Shown here: positions 1-8,069 of the stretch, piece after piece
How positions within the stretch are numbered: the first letter of the stretch is position 1
How the letters are laid out: each line of letters starts with the position of its first letter
Source: an uncultured Synergistaceae bacterium
Lineage (GTDB): Bacteria; Synergistota; Synergistia; Synergistales; Aminiphilaceae
Direction of reading: 5' to 3'
NCBI GenBank assembly: GCA_964539095.1
Contig: CAZIFL010000034.1
Coordinates: 8,218-32,217 of the forward strand
Length of the DNA: 24,000 nt
The notes under the pieces: model-generated
Database searches by the model: none
The model's input: the letters and a program-made list of their open reading frames with translations, nothing else
Told to the model about the DNA's origin: nothing
Made by a program: the position numbers and the translations under genes

Positions 1-20
1 ATATCGGTGTGGGAGGCATA

Positions 21-1103
21 ATGACCCTCCACAACTTTGCCCCCCCCGTGCTTGTAAGTGCGCTGGTGGCCTGGTTACGGCAGAAGGGGTATGAACAGGA
101 GGCACGGGTTCTCAATGCCACCCTGCGTCATCTTCCGGAAAAAGTGCCCTCTCTTCTGAAAGAGCTTGAGCAGAAGGGGGATCTCTTCTCTCTCGGCCTC
201 CTGCAGGGAATTCCCCGATGGTACGTTCACGAGATGGAAGAACAGCACGGACATGCCGGAGCTAAGGAGATGCTACGGCTCTACCGCATTCTTCCCTACA
301 GCTCCTTTCGTCTCGGGGCCTCCTGTCAGCTTGCCGACATTACCGAAGAGCTTGCCTCCAAAGGGCTGAAAAGCTGGATTTCTCCGGGAAATCCGTCTTC
401 TCTTCGCACCTCCGGAACGTGTTTCGTGGGAGATCTTCCGTCCTATATAAGGGGTGAGATTACCCCCCAGGGAGAATCCTCTCTCGGGGTTGCGTCCTTT
501 TTTCCATCCTTTCGCCGAAAGCCGCGGATTCTCGACATGTGCGCCGGCCGGGGGGGGAAGACGGGGCTATTGGCACACGCCTACCCCCGAGGCGAGATCC
601 ATGCCTGGGAACTCTCGGAAGCAAAGGTCCGGGCTCTTCACAAGGAGCTTGCTCGGCTGGGCTGTCAGGAGCGGGTAAAGGTTCGAACGGGAGATGCTTT
701 AGATCTGCAGGATTCTGCAGGATTTGATATGATTCTTCTGGACGCTCCCTGTTCCGGATCCGGTACCTGGCAGCGTCATCCCGAGGGGAAGTTCCGCATG
801 AAACCTAGGGAGGTCCGGATTCTCGCAAAACTGCAGCGGCGTCTTCTCCTTCACGGAGGAAGCATGCTTCGCCCCGGAGGCTATCTTCTCTACTGTACCT
901 GCAGCCTCCTTCGGGAAGAGAACGAGGAGTCTCTTGCAGAAGCTCTTAAGGGAGATTCCTCCCTTGTGGAGGTCCCTCTGGGGGGGGCCTTCCCCTTCGT
1001 TCACCGCGGAAAGCCCTGGGGAAGATATGCCTACCCCTCCACCCCCTGGAACGATGGTTTTTACAGCGCCCTTCTGATGAAGCGTCCCGAAGGGCTGGAA
1101 TAG
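21..1103 (+). CDS. rsmB: rRNA (cytosine-C5) SAM-dependent methyltransferase, RsmB/Sun (NOL1/NOP2/Sun) family
   Basis: ORF 9..1103. It has the SAM-binding motif DMCAGRGGKTG and the catalytic Cys motifs LLDAPCSGSGTWQRHPE and YCTCSL. The ATG at 21 follows GGGAGG (11-16). The frame stays open to base 3, so an N-terminal extension could lie off-window. Confidence 0.8.
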   Translation: MTLHNFAPPVLVSALVAWLRQKGYEQEARVLNATLRHLPEKVPSLLKELEQKGDLFSLGLLQGIPRWYVHEMEEQHGHAGAKEMLRLYRILPYSSFRLGASCQLADITEELASKGLKSWISPGNPSSLRTSGTCFVGDLPSYIRGEITPQGESSLGVASFFPSFRRKPRILDMCAGRGGKTGLLAHAYPRGEIHAWELSEAKVRALHKELARLGCQERVKVRTGDALDLQDSAGFDMILLDAPCSGSGTWQRHPEGKFRMKPREVRILAKLQRRLLLHGGSMLRPGGYLLYCTCSLLREENEESLAEALKGDSSLVEVPLGGAFPFVHRGKPWGRYAYPSTPWNDGFYSALLMKRPEGLE

Positions 1104-1154
1104 ACCCGGGGGTGCTACCCCTGGATGGCAGCAACTCTACTTGAGGAGGCCCCG

Positions 1155-2264
1155 ATGCGGAAACTCTTTTTTGTAACTCTGACTGTGATTCTTCTCGTTA
1201 TTCTCGGTTCTGCGGCGCTCATCTTCCATATGATCTTCTTCGGAGGAAAAGAGATCGGTTCTCCCTCTCTCGAGGGGATGGCGGTCATCGAAGCTGTCGG
1301 TCACGTGCAGAGTGCGGGGCTTGTAGCCCGAGTGGACCAGGTCGATTCCGCCAAGAAAGAGGGGGTCGTGGTAGCCCAGTGGCCTGCTCCGGGAACCCTC
1401 ATGAAAAAAGGGCAGGTTCTTATTCTCAAGGTGAGTAAAGGGGGGCAACGCTACCCCCTGCCGGATGTGCGCAATATGGAGTACAGCCTGGCAGTAAAAA
1501 CACTCACAGAATCAGGATTTGTTCCGGGAGATATCCTCCGGGTTCCCCGGGATGGAGCCGCTCCGGGGACGGTCATTGCCCAGAGCCCCTCGGCTCCCGT
1601 GGCTCTCCCCCGAGGTGCCCGGGTAGATCTTCTTCTCTGTCAGGGAGAGGAGAGCCCTTCGGGGAACGTCAAAATTCCCAACCTTGCGGGGCGCATGGAG
1701 GAGGAGGCCAAGGCGCTGATCCGTCAGGCGGGGCTCTCTCTGGGATCGGTTCGGTATCACTATACCCAGGCGAGCCCTCCCGGAGTAGTGATCCGGGTCT
1801 CCCCCAACGAAGGTTCTTCGGTAAAGAAAAATTCTGTGGTGAACCTCGTTGTCTCCACCATGAAAAAGAATGGTTCTCCCGAAAGTGCAGCGGCCCCCAC
1901 TCCGAAGCCCGCCGCCATTCCGGGAGTGCTTCCTCCTCCGGGAGATTCCGTAACTCCCGCAACTCCTGTGGCGGAGCCTCCTCGGGTCAGTCCGGCTCCG
2001 GCATCACCGGAACCGACCAAAAAACCGGTGCAGGAACAGCCTCCTGCGGGAACAAAGAAAGCAAAAATCCGTTACCAGGTCCCCCCTCTTTCGAAACCGT
2101 TGAAGCTCACCATCGAGATGGTGGACCCCAAGGGAAGCCGCAAGCTGGTAGACAAGGAAGTAACGGGCGGAGAGTACATATCCATGGAGGCCCCCTACAC
2201 CAATGAAGCGGCGGTTACCATCTATCTGGGAGGAGAGTTCGTATGGCAGGAACGGTATCGGTAA
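1155..2264 (+). CDS. Membrane-anchored PASTA-domain protein: N-terminal TM helix, three PASTA repeats, Pro-rich linker and a C-terminal beta-rich domain. PrkC-like ectodomain without a kinase domain.
   Basis: ORF 1125..2264. The ATG at 1155 follows GAGGAGG and is the preferred start. TM helix: LFFVTLTVILLVILGSAALIFHMIFF. PASTA-like repeats: ...GVVVAQWPAPGTLMKKGQVLILKVSKG, PLPDVRNMEYSLAVKTLTESGF...GTVIAQSPSAPVALPRGARVDLLL, and KIPNLAGRMEEEAKALIRQAGLSLG...GVVIRVSPNEGSSVKKNSVVNLVVS. The Pro/Ala-rich linker is PTPKPAAIPGVLPPPG... Confidence 0.75.
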   Translation: MRKLFFVTLTVILLVILGSAALIFHMIFFGGKEIGSPSLEGMAVIEAVGHVQSAGLVARVDQVDSAKKEGVVVAQWPAPGTLMKKGQVLILKVSKGGQRYPLPDVRNMEYSLAVKTLTESGFVPGDILRVPRDGAAPGTVIAQSPSAPVALPRGARVDLLLCQGEESPSGNVKIPNLAGRMEEEAKALIRQAGLSLGSVRYHYTQASPPGVVIRVSPNEGSSVKKNSVVNLVVSTMKKNGSPESAAAPTPKPAAIPGVLPPPGDSVTPATPVAEPPRVSPAPASPEPTKKPVQEQPPAGTKKAKIRYQVPPLSKPLKLTIEMVDPKGSRKLVDKEVTGGEYISMEAPYTNEAAVTIYLGGEFVWQERYR

Positions 2265-2968
2265 ATTCTTCGGCTGAAGGGGAGAGGAAGCGTCCGTATC
2301 CCACGATTGCCCCCTCCCTTCTCTCCGCAGACCCTCTCCGTATGGAGGAGAGTCTGCGCTCGTTGGGCGAGTTTTCTTCATGGATTCACGTGGATGTCAT
2401 GGACGGCCACTTTGTTCCGAACATGACCTACGGCCCCCTCCTCGTGAAGGGGCTGCGCAGGGCCTTTCCCTCGTCGGTGCTCGACGTGCACCTCATGGTG
2501 GAAAACCCTGAAATCTTTGTAGAGTACTTTCTTCCTGCGGAGCCTTCCTACCTTGTGTTTCATGTGGAGGCTACCCACCACGGGCATCGGCTTTTGCAGA
2601 AAATCCGAAGCAGCGGCTGTCGGGGGGGAATATCCCTGAATCCGGGAACTCCCGTGGAGATGCTCTACCCTCTTCTCTCTCTGGTGGATATGGTGCTTGT
2701 CATGTCCGTCAATCCGGGGTTCGGAGGGCAGTCCTTTCTCCCGGAGGTGCTCGAAAAGGTAGAGGCTCTGCATCGATACAGAGCGGTGAAAAACCTGGAT
2801 TTCCTGATTCAGATTGATGGAGGGGTTTCTGTGGAACGTGCGGGAGATCTTGTGCGCCGTGGATGTGATGTTCTCGTGGCGGGAAATGCCGTCTTTGCTG
2901 CTCCCCGGCCGGAGGAATCTGCCCGGGCAATCTATAAAGCTGCGTTGGAGGGATTGTCTCATGCCTGA
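2243..2968 (+). CDS. rpe: Ribulose-phosphate 3-epimerase
   Basis: Family motifs IAPSLLSAD, HVDVMDGHFVPN, DVHLMV, VMSVNPGFGGQSF, QIDGGV and VAGNAVF. GGGAGGAG lies 7 nt upstream of the ATG at 2243. The gene overlaps the upstream gene by 22 nt. Confidence 0.93.
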   Translation: MAGTVSVNSSAEGERKRPYPTIAPSLLSADPLRMEESLRSLGEFSSWIHVDVMDGHFVPNMTYGPLLVKGLRRAFPSSVLDVHLMVENPEIFVEYFLPAEPSYLVFHVEATHHGHRLLQKIRSSGCRGGISLNPGTPVEMLYPLLSLVDMVLVMSVNPGFGGQSFLPEVLEKVEALHRYRAVKNLDFLIQIDGGVSVERAGDLVRRGCDVLVAGNAVFAAPRPEESARAIYKAALEGLSHA

Positions 2969-3941
2969 GGAGGGAAGAACACTACAAGAGCTGGGAGCCT
3001 ATCTTCGTTTCCGGCGGGAAGAAAAAGAAATCACCACCAAAGATGTCTCGGGAAGGCTCCACATTCGCGAGCGCTATATCCTCGCCATCGAGGAGGGGGA
3101 TATGGACCAGTTCCCCGCCCTTGTCTATGCCCGGGGATTTATTCGTAACTATCTCGCTTTTCTGAAGGAGCCCGATCTCTGGGAGGAGTACAACAGAGTC
3201 TTTCCTCGAAGAGAAGAGGAGGAAGAGCCTACGGTACACTCTCTCAGCTCTGCCCCTAAGGGATTCCGCAGGGTAGCGGTGGGGTGGCTTTACATTACCC
3301 TCTTTCTCTTTGCGGCGGGAGGAGGCTTTTTCGTCTGGATGCAGCGGGATACCCTTCTCGAAGCCTTTCATAGGGATTCCAAACCGACCCCTGCGGAGAG
3401 AGTTGTCTCCGGAGAGATCGCGGGAGTGCTCTCTCCGGAGATTCCTTCCGTGGCGCCCCTTGAAGAGATTCCTTCGGCCCCCCAAGTGGCATCTCTTCCT
3501 GCGACGGCTCCCTCTCCACCCCCCGTGTCGGTGTCGGAACAGCCCACTCCCGGAGCCCCCTCTCCTGCTCAAGCGGCCCAGATTCCTCTTGTCCCTCTCC
3601 CTACCCAGGCCCAGGAGACTGCCCGAAGAGATTATCCCTGGCTCTACGAGGCGGGGGAGACATCTCCGGAGGGTACTCCCGAGGGGAGTCGCGAGCTGGT
3701 TCTTTCGGCATCCGGAAATTGCTGGGTTCGGGTAGCCCAGGGGAATACGGTACTCTTTGTGGGAACCCTTAAAAAGGGGGAGAGCCGTACCTTCCCCCTG
3801 GATAAAGCCCTGGCAGTCCGCCTGGGAAATGCCGGGGCCATCTCTGCCCGGTGGTTCGACAAGACTCGGGAATCCCTTGGAAGAACCGGTGAGGTCAAAA
3901 CCCTCATCTTCGATCCCCAGGGGGGGTTGCGTGACTCTTAA
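2961..3941 (+). CDS. rodZ: RodZ-like cytoskeleton protein: N-terminal HTH, TM helix, Pro-rich linker and a C-terminal DUF4115-like domain
   Basis: The internal ATG at 2961 of ORF 2814..3941 overlaps the rpe stop by 8 nt. The N-terminus LGAYLRFRREEKEITTKDVSGRLHIRERYILAIEEGD is XRE/RodZ-like. TM helix: VAVGWLYITLFLFAAGGGFFVWM. The C-terminus LVLSASGNCWVRVAQGNTVLFVGTLKKGESRTFPL...VRLGNAG is typical of the RodZ C-domain. Confidence 0.75.
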   Translation: MPEEGRTLQELGAYLRFRREEKEITTKDVSGRLHIRERYILAIEEGDMDQFPALVYARGFIRNYLAFLKEPDLWEEYNRVFPRREEEEEPTVHSLSSAPKGFRRVAVGWLYITLFLFAAGGGFFVWMQRDTLLEAFHRDSKPTPAERVVSGEIAGVLSPEIPSVAPLEEIPSAPQVASLPATAPSPPPVSVSEQPTPGAPSPAQAAQIPLVPLPTQAQETARRDYPWLYEAGETSPEGTPEGSRELVLSASGNCWVRVAQGNTVLFVGTLKKGESRTFPLDKALAVRLGNAGAISARWFDKTRESLGRTGEVKTLIFDPQGGLRDS

Positions 3942-5256
3942 GAAAAAATCCTCCTCTCCCACGGTTTTTCTTCATACGTTGGGATGTTCTAAGAACGATG
4001 TCGACAGCCAGCGTTTTGCCGGAGTCTTTCTTCGGGGGGGAGCAGAGCTTGTGGATTCCCCGGAAAAGGCGGAGTGGGGGTTTGTAAATACCTGCGGCTT
4101 CATCGTCCCCGCCATCGAAGAGAGCCTTCAGGCCATCTTCGATCTCGAAGAACTCAAGGTCAGGGGGGTTCTCAAAGCCATCGGTGTTATCGGCTGTCTC
4201 TACAGCCGTTTCGGAGAGGAACTTCGAAAGGAGCTTCCGGAGGTGGATTTCTGGATACCCTGTGAGGGGTGGGAGGAACTGAGAGCCCTTCTCGCTACGG
4301 AGACGGGGGATCAAGGGCTTCCTCGCCGGGTTCGTCCTGCCTCCCAGTTTCCCTGGGTGCGCTCTCTCAAAATCGTGGAGGGGTGTAACAACCATTGCAG
4401 TTACTGCACTATCCCTTCCATTCGAGGCCCTCTTCGAAGCCTTCCGCCGGAACATCTTCTGGAGGAGGCTCGTATACTCGTTGAAGAGGGAGCCCGGGAG
4501 ATCTGCGTCATTGGTCAGGACATTACAAGGTATGGAGAGGATCTCTCCTCAGGGATCAACCTCACCGGGTTGCTTCGGGAGCTTGGGGGTACGCTCCCCG
4601 AGGATATATGGCTTCGTCTCCTCTACCTCCACCCCCTGGGGATTCACGAAAATTTCTGGAAAGAGCTGCTTCGTATACCCCAGGTGATTCCCTATGCGGA
4701 TGTCCCTATACAGCATGGCAGTGAAGCCGTTCTCAAGCGAATGAACCGCAAGGATTCACGAAAAAGGCTCGAATCTCTCTTTGAGGTTGCCCGAAGCATA
4801 TCTCCTTCTATGGTTTTTCGTACCACCGTTATGGTAGGATTTCCGGGGGAGGATGAAGAGGCCTTTGAGGAACTCCTTGATCTTCTCCGACGGGTGCGCT
4901 TTCAGCGCCTGGGCTGTTTTATCTACTCTCCCGAGGAGGGAACGCCGGGAGCCTCTTGCTCCGATCAGGTCGATCCCTCGGTGGCGCGGGAGAGAATGGA
5001 ACGAGTCATGGCCTTACAGGAGGAGATTTCTTTGCAGCATCAGGAGACCCTTGTGGGAACCGATCTTGACGTGGTGGTGGAGCAGCGAGAAGGAAACATC
5101 CTTCTGGGGCGTTCCTATCGGGAGGCTCCTGATGTTGATGGGTGCATCGAAATTGATCTTCCCGAAAACCCCGTACCTTTTGGAAGCCGGGTGAGGGTCC
5201 GCATCGTCGAAGCGCTGGAGCATGACCTTCGAGGGGAGATCCTTTATGATGTTTGA
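3931..5256 (+). CDS. rimO: Ribosomal protein S12 methylthiotransferase RimO (radical SAM, MiaB family)
   Basis: N-terminal Cys triad context (LGCSKN, NTCGF, GCL), radical-SAM CNNHCSYC, and a C-terminal TRAM-like segment GRSYREAPDVDGCIEI. The GTG at 3931 is the first plausible start after the rodZ body. Upstream parts of ORF 3757..5256 overlap rodZ. Confidence 0.88.
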   Translation: MTLKKKSSSPTVFLHTLGCSKNDVDSQRFAGVFLRGGAELVDSPEKAEWGFVNTCGFIVPAIEESLQAIFDLEELKVRGVLKAIGVIGCLYSRFGEELRKELPEVDFWIPCEGWEELRALLATETGDQGLPRRVRPASQFPWVRSLKIVEGCNNHCSYCTIPSIRGPLRSLPPEHLLEEARILVEEGAREICVIGQDITRYGEDLSSGINLTGLLRELGGTLPEDIWLRLLYLHPLGIHENFWKELLRIPQVIPYADVPIQHGSEAVLKRMNRKDSRKRLESLFEVARSISPSMVFRTTVMVGFPGEDEEAFEELLDLLRRVRFQRLGCFIYSPEEGTPGASCSDQVDPSVARERMERVMALQEEISLQHQETLVGTDLDVVVEQREGNILLGRSYREAPDVDGCIEIDLPENPVPFGSRVRVRIVEALEHDLRGEILYDV

Positions 5257-5755
5257 AAAATCCCCTTCCACCCTGGCTCCTCTTCCTCGAACCTGGCAGG
5301 GGTGGCTCGCCACCGTGGGGGGGCTGGGGTGCCGTTCTGCCTCCGGAGGGCTCTGGGCGGTGCTGATCGCTCTTCTCACCTTCCAGATCCTGCAGATCTC
5401 TCCGGAGCTTTTTCTCCCCCTCTGGATCTTTGGGCTCTATGTGGTATGGCGATATATCCACAAAGAAAATCCTCCTGAAGAGGGGTCTCCGGTGGTACTG
5501 GATCTTTTTTGCGGCACCTGGTTTGCCATGCAGGGAAATCCTCCCGGAGCGGCTTTGGCAGCGGTCCTTCTCTTTCGGGTTCTCACCCTTATCCGTCCCT
5601 TTCCCCTTTTTCTGCTCTATCCCCGCTGGAAAGGGCTCGGGCGCATGGGAGCCTCTGCCCTTGCAGGGTTCGCTGCTGCAGGGATTGTGCGGGGGCTTCT
5701 CTGGCTTTTTCTTGAAGAGGGCATGGCAACTTTATATCAGTTTTTTGGAGGATGA
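5246..5755 (+). CDS. PgpA-like (phosphatidylglycerophosphatase A family) small polytopic membrane protein, divergent
   Basis: ORF 5222..5755. The ATG at 5246 lies 7 nt after GAGGGGAG. It is about 170 aa and hydrophobic. By eye it aligns to PgpA blocks: ATVGGLG..., VVLDLFCGTW (vs IViDEvaG), LLFRVLTLIRPFP (vs FRlfDixKPwP). The position upstream of cinA is a common pgpA-cinA pairing. Several canonical acidic residues appear to be substituted. Confidence 0.5.
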   Translation: MMFEKSPSTLAPLPRTWQGWLATVGGLGCRSASGGLWAVLIALLTFQILQISPELFLPLWIFGLYVVWRYIHKENPPEEGSPVVLDLFCGTWFAMQGNPPGAALAAVLLFRVLTLIRPFPLFLLYPRWKGLGRMGASALAGFAAAGIVRGLLWLFLEEGMATLYQFFGG

Positions 5756-6255
5756 TGGGCGTGGATAAAACCGCATGGCGTTTGGCACACAAACTTGTCA
5801 TAGACTATACGCGAACGAATACGACTCTTGCGGTGGCGGAATCCTGCACCGGGGGGCTCCTTGCCGGGGCCATTACAGAAATTCCCGGCTCGTCGGAGAT
5901 CTTTCTCGGCGGCGTGGTGGCCTACTCCAACAGCTCTAAAATACGACTCCTCGGGGTTTCCCCGGGAGTGATTGAGGAGCATGGGGCGGTGAGCCAGGCC
6001 TGTGCTGCAGCCATGGCGGAAGGGGTGCGGGATCTTTTTGATGCCAAAATCTCCCTTTCTATCACAGGCATAGCCGGTCCGGGGGGAGGATCGCCGGATA
6101 AACCCGTGGGAACCATATGGTTTGGTTTCAGCTGGGGAGATCGCACCAAACAGCTTCGACTGCGCTTTGCGGGTGCACGGGGGGATGTGCGCTCTCAGGC
6201 GCAGAGGGCGGCACTCCAGATTCTTCTCGGAGACTTCAGCGCCTTCGAGGGGTAG
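5752..6255 (+). CDS. cinA: CinA C-terminal domain protein / nicotinamide-nucleotide amidohydrolase (PncC-like)
   Basis: Motifs LAVAESCTGGLLAGAITEIPGSS, FLGGVVAYSNSSK and SITGIAGPGGGSPDKPVGTIWFGF. The start could be the ATG at 5752/5755 or the GTG at 5761 (GGAGGA at 5747-5752). Confidence 0.85.
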   Translation: MMGVDKTAWRLAHKLVIDYTRTNTTLAVAESCTGGLLAGAITEIPGSSEIFLGGVVAYSNSSKIRLLGVSPGVIEEHGAVSQACAAAMAEGVRDLFDAKISLSITGIAGPGGGSPDKPVGTIWFGFSWGDRTKQLRLRFAGARGDVRSQAQRAALQILLGDFSAFEG

Positions 6256-6260
6256 CGCGC

Positions 6261-6821
6261 ATGCAAAGTATACAAAAGATTCGAAGCTTTCTCTGCCTCC
6301 CCCTCGAAAATTGCGAGAAGCAGACCCTTCTTGGGTTTATGCAGGATCCCGGGGTTCGCTGGCTGAGGGCGGATCAGCTTCACATAACTCTGCACTTTCT
6401 CGGCGACCTCTCTTCGGAAACCGTCCAAAAGCTTGATCAGGCGCTTCGAAAGGCTCCTCTCGAAAGAGAACCCCTGGAACTCACTTTTGCCTCTTGGGGA
6501 GTCTTTCCTCCCGGATCACAAGGCCGGGTTCTCTGGGTGGGGGTAGGGGGAGAGGTGGCAAAACTCGTAAGGCTTCAGACCGCTCTCGGTGATCTGCTCT
6601 CCTCCTGCGGGATTGTCGTAGAAAAGCGCCCTTACTCGCCGCATATTACGCTGGCTCGTGCTTCCCGAGGAGGGGTTATCTCTCGAGAAGCACGGAAAGC
6701 TCTGGAAAACGCGGCTTTCTATGGTCAGGGCTGGAAGGCGGATCGCTTTCTCCTCATGAAGAGCGAACTCCTTCCGCAAGGTCCCCGATACAATCCTCTC
6801 GGAAGCTACGAACTTTCCTAG
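6261..6821 (+). CDS. thpR: RNA 2',3'-cyclic phosphodiesterase (ThpR/LigT, 2H phosphoesterase)
   Basis: Two H-x-T-x motifs (HITLHFLG and HITLAR) at 2H-family spacing. The ATG at 6261 lies just after the cinA stop. The cinA-thpR-recA order is a known conserved arrangement. Confidence 0.85.
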   Translation: MQSIQKIRSFLCLPLENCEKQTLLGFMQDPGVRWLRADQLHITLHFLGDLSSETVQKLDQALRKAPLEREPLELTFASWGVFPPGSQGRVLWVGVGGEVAKLVRLQTALGDLLSSCGIVVEKRPYSPHITLARASRGGVISREARKALENAAFYGQGWKADRFLLMKSELLPQGPRYNPLGSYELS

Positions 6822-6851
6822 CTTTCGAAAGAATGCGGAACGTTTCATAAT
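6822..6851 (+). promoter_or_regulatory. Candidate recA promoter/operator region: 10-bp perfect palindrome CTTTCGAAAG plus a CATAAT -10-like hexamer
   Basis: CTTTCGAAAG (6822-6831) is self-complementary. TTCGAA (6824-6829), a 16-nt spacer and CATAAT (6846-6851) lie 24 nt upstream of the recA ATG. The -35 match is weak (3/6). Confidence 0.25.
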
Positions 6852-6874
6852 CTTGACGAAAACGGGAGGGGAAG

Positions 6875-8014
6875 ATGGTTCGAAAACAGGAACTCACGAA
6901 GGAAGATATGCTAACCCAGGCTTTGGACGATATCAAATCCAAGTTTGGTGACGGGGCGATTATGCGCCTTGGAGAGAGAGCAGAGACCCCGGTCCCTGTG
7001 ATCTCCTCGGGGATACTCCCCCTGGATGTGGCTCTTGGAATCGGAGGATTCCCCCGGGGGAGGATTGTGGAGATCTTCGGTCATGAAGGAACGGGAAAGA
7101 CCACTCTCGCCCTTCATGCCATAGCCCAGGCCCAGAAGGAGGGGGGGACCGCCGCCTTCATTGATGCCGAACATGCCCTTGACCCCCGGCTTGCGGCGGC
7201 TCTCGGAGTAAACGTTCCCGAACTGCTGCTCTCCCAGCCCGACAGCGGCGAACAGGCTCTCTTCATTCTCGAAACCTTGGTGCGCAGCGGAGCCGTGGAT
7301 ATCGTCGTCATAGACTCTGTGGCGGCCCTTACCCCCAAGGCAGAGATCGACGGCAAGGATATCGGAGAATCCCAGTTGGGGCTCCAGGCCCGGCTCATGT
7401 CCTACGCCCTCCGGCGCCTCGCTTCGGCCATCTCCCGGAGCGGCAGCTTGGTAATCTTCATCAACCAGCTTCGGGCGAAAATCTCCACGGGGTACAGCCC
7501 CGGAGGTCCCCAGGAGACCACCACGGGAGGCCGGGCCCTCAAGTTCTACACCTCTGTGCGCATTGACGTGCGCCGGGGGAAGGGGCTCACCCGGGGAGAC
7601 GAGGTCTACGGACACGAACTCAACATCAAAGTGGTAAAGAACAAACTCGCGCCCCCCTTCCGCACTGCCTCCACCACCCTGGTCTACGGCAAGGGTGTTC
7701 CCAACGAGATGGCGGTGGTGGATTTTGCCATCCAGTTAAAAATTCTCAAGAAAAAGGGCTCCTGGATCGCCTTCAACGGAGAGACCCTCGCCCAGGGCAA
7801 AGAGAAGCTCGTCTCCCTTCTGGAGGAGAAAAAGGATCTCTTCGAAGAGCTGCTCAAGCAGATTCATCAGAAGCTCCAGGAGGAGAACATGCTTCTTCTT
7901 GGGCCGGGAGAAGATCCCGAAGAGGATGACGAGCTTCCCAAATCCCCCGAAGAGGTGGATCTTCTCATTGAAGAGGGGGAGCTGAACATCGACGTGGATT
8001 CCCCGGAGGATTAG
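6875..8014 (+). CDS. recA: Recombinase RecA
   Basis: Full-length RecA similarity. Walker A GHEGTGKTTLALH, plus AFIDAEHALDP, VVIDSVAALTPKAEIDG and LGLQARLMSYALRRL. Long acidic C-terminal tail. RBS GGGAGGGG. Confidence 0.97.
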   Translation: MVRKQELTKEDMLTQALDDIKSKFGDGAIMRLGERAETPVPVISSGILPLDVALGIGGFPRGRIVEIFGHEGTGKTTLALHAIAQAQKEGGTAAFIDAEHALDPRLAAALGVNVPELLLSQPDSGEQALFILETLVRSGAVDIVVIDSVAALTPKAEIDGKDIGESQLGLQARLMSYALRRLASAISRSGSLVIFINQLRAKISTGYSPGGPQETTTGGRALKFYTSVRIDVRRGKGLTRGDEVYGHELNIKVVKNKLAPPFRTASTTLVYGKGVPNEMAVVDFAIQLKILKKKGSWIAFNGETLAQGKEKLVSLLEEKKDLFEELLKQIHQKLQEENMLLLGPGEDPEEDDELPKSPEEVDLLIEEGELNIDVDSPED

Positions 8015-8069
8015 TAGACCACAGGTTGTCACGGATTGCCAGAGATAAAAAAAGGCGAGGTGGGGTAAT

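Noticed and set aside
1106-1124. A GC-rich hairpin (CCGGGGG, loop tgcta, CCCCTGG) lies just after the rsmB stop.
   Set aside because: It has no U-tract. It sits immediately before the next gene's RBS in a 51-nt spacer. A 7-bp stem with a G-U pair is common in this GC-rich sequence. I could not assign a function.
6831-6850. There might be a LexA/Cheo-type SOS box (GAAC-N4-GTTC) upstream of recA, around GAATGCGGAACGTTTC.
   Set aside because: Only one GAAC half-site is present, and the partner is GTTT rather than GTTC at the wrong spacing. It matches neither the CTGT-N8-ACAG nor the Cheo-box consensus.
8026-8054. A -35-like TTGTCA in the recA-to-FN3 gene spacer could be an operon promoter.
   Set aside because: There is no acceptable -10 hexamer at 16-18 nt spacing. 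The sequence at the correct distance is AAAAAG, and GATAAA/TAAAAA lie only 12-14 nt away.
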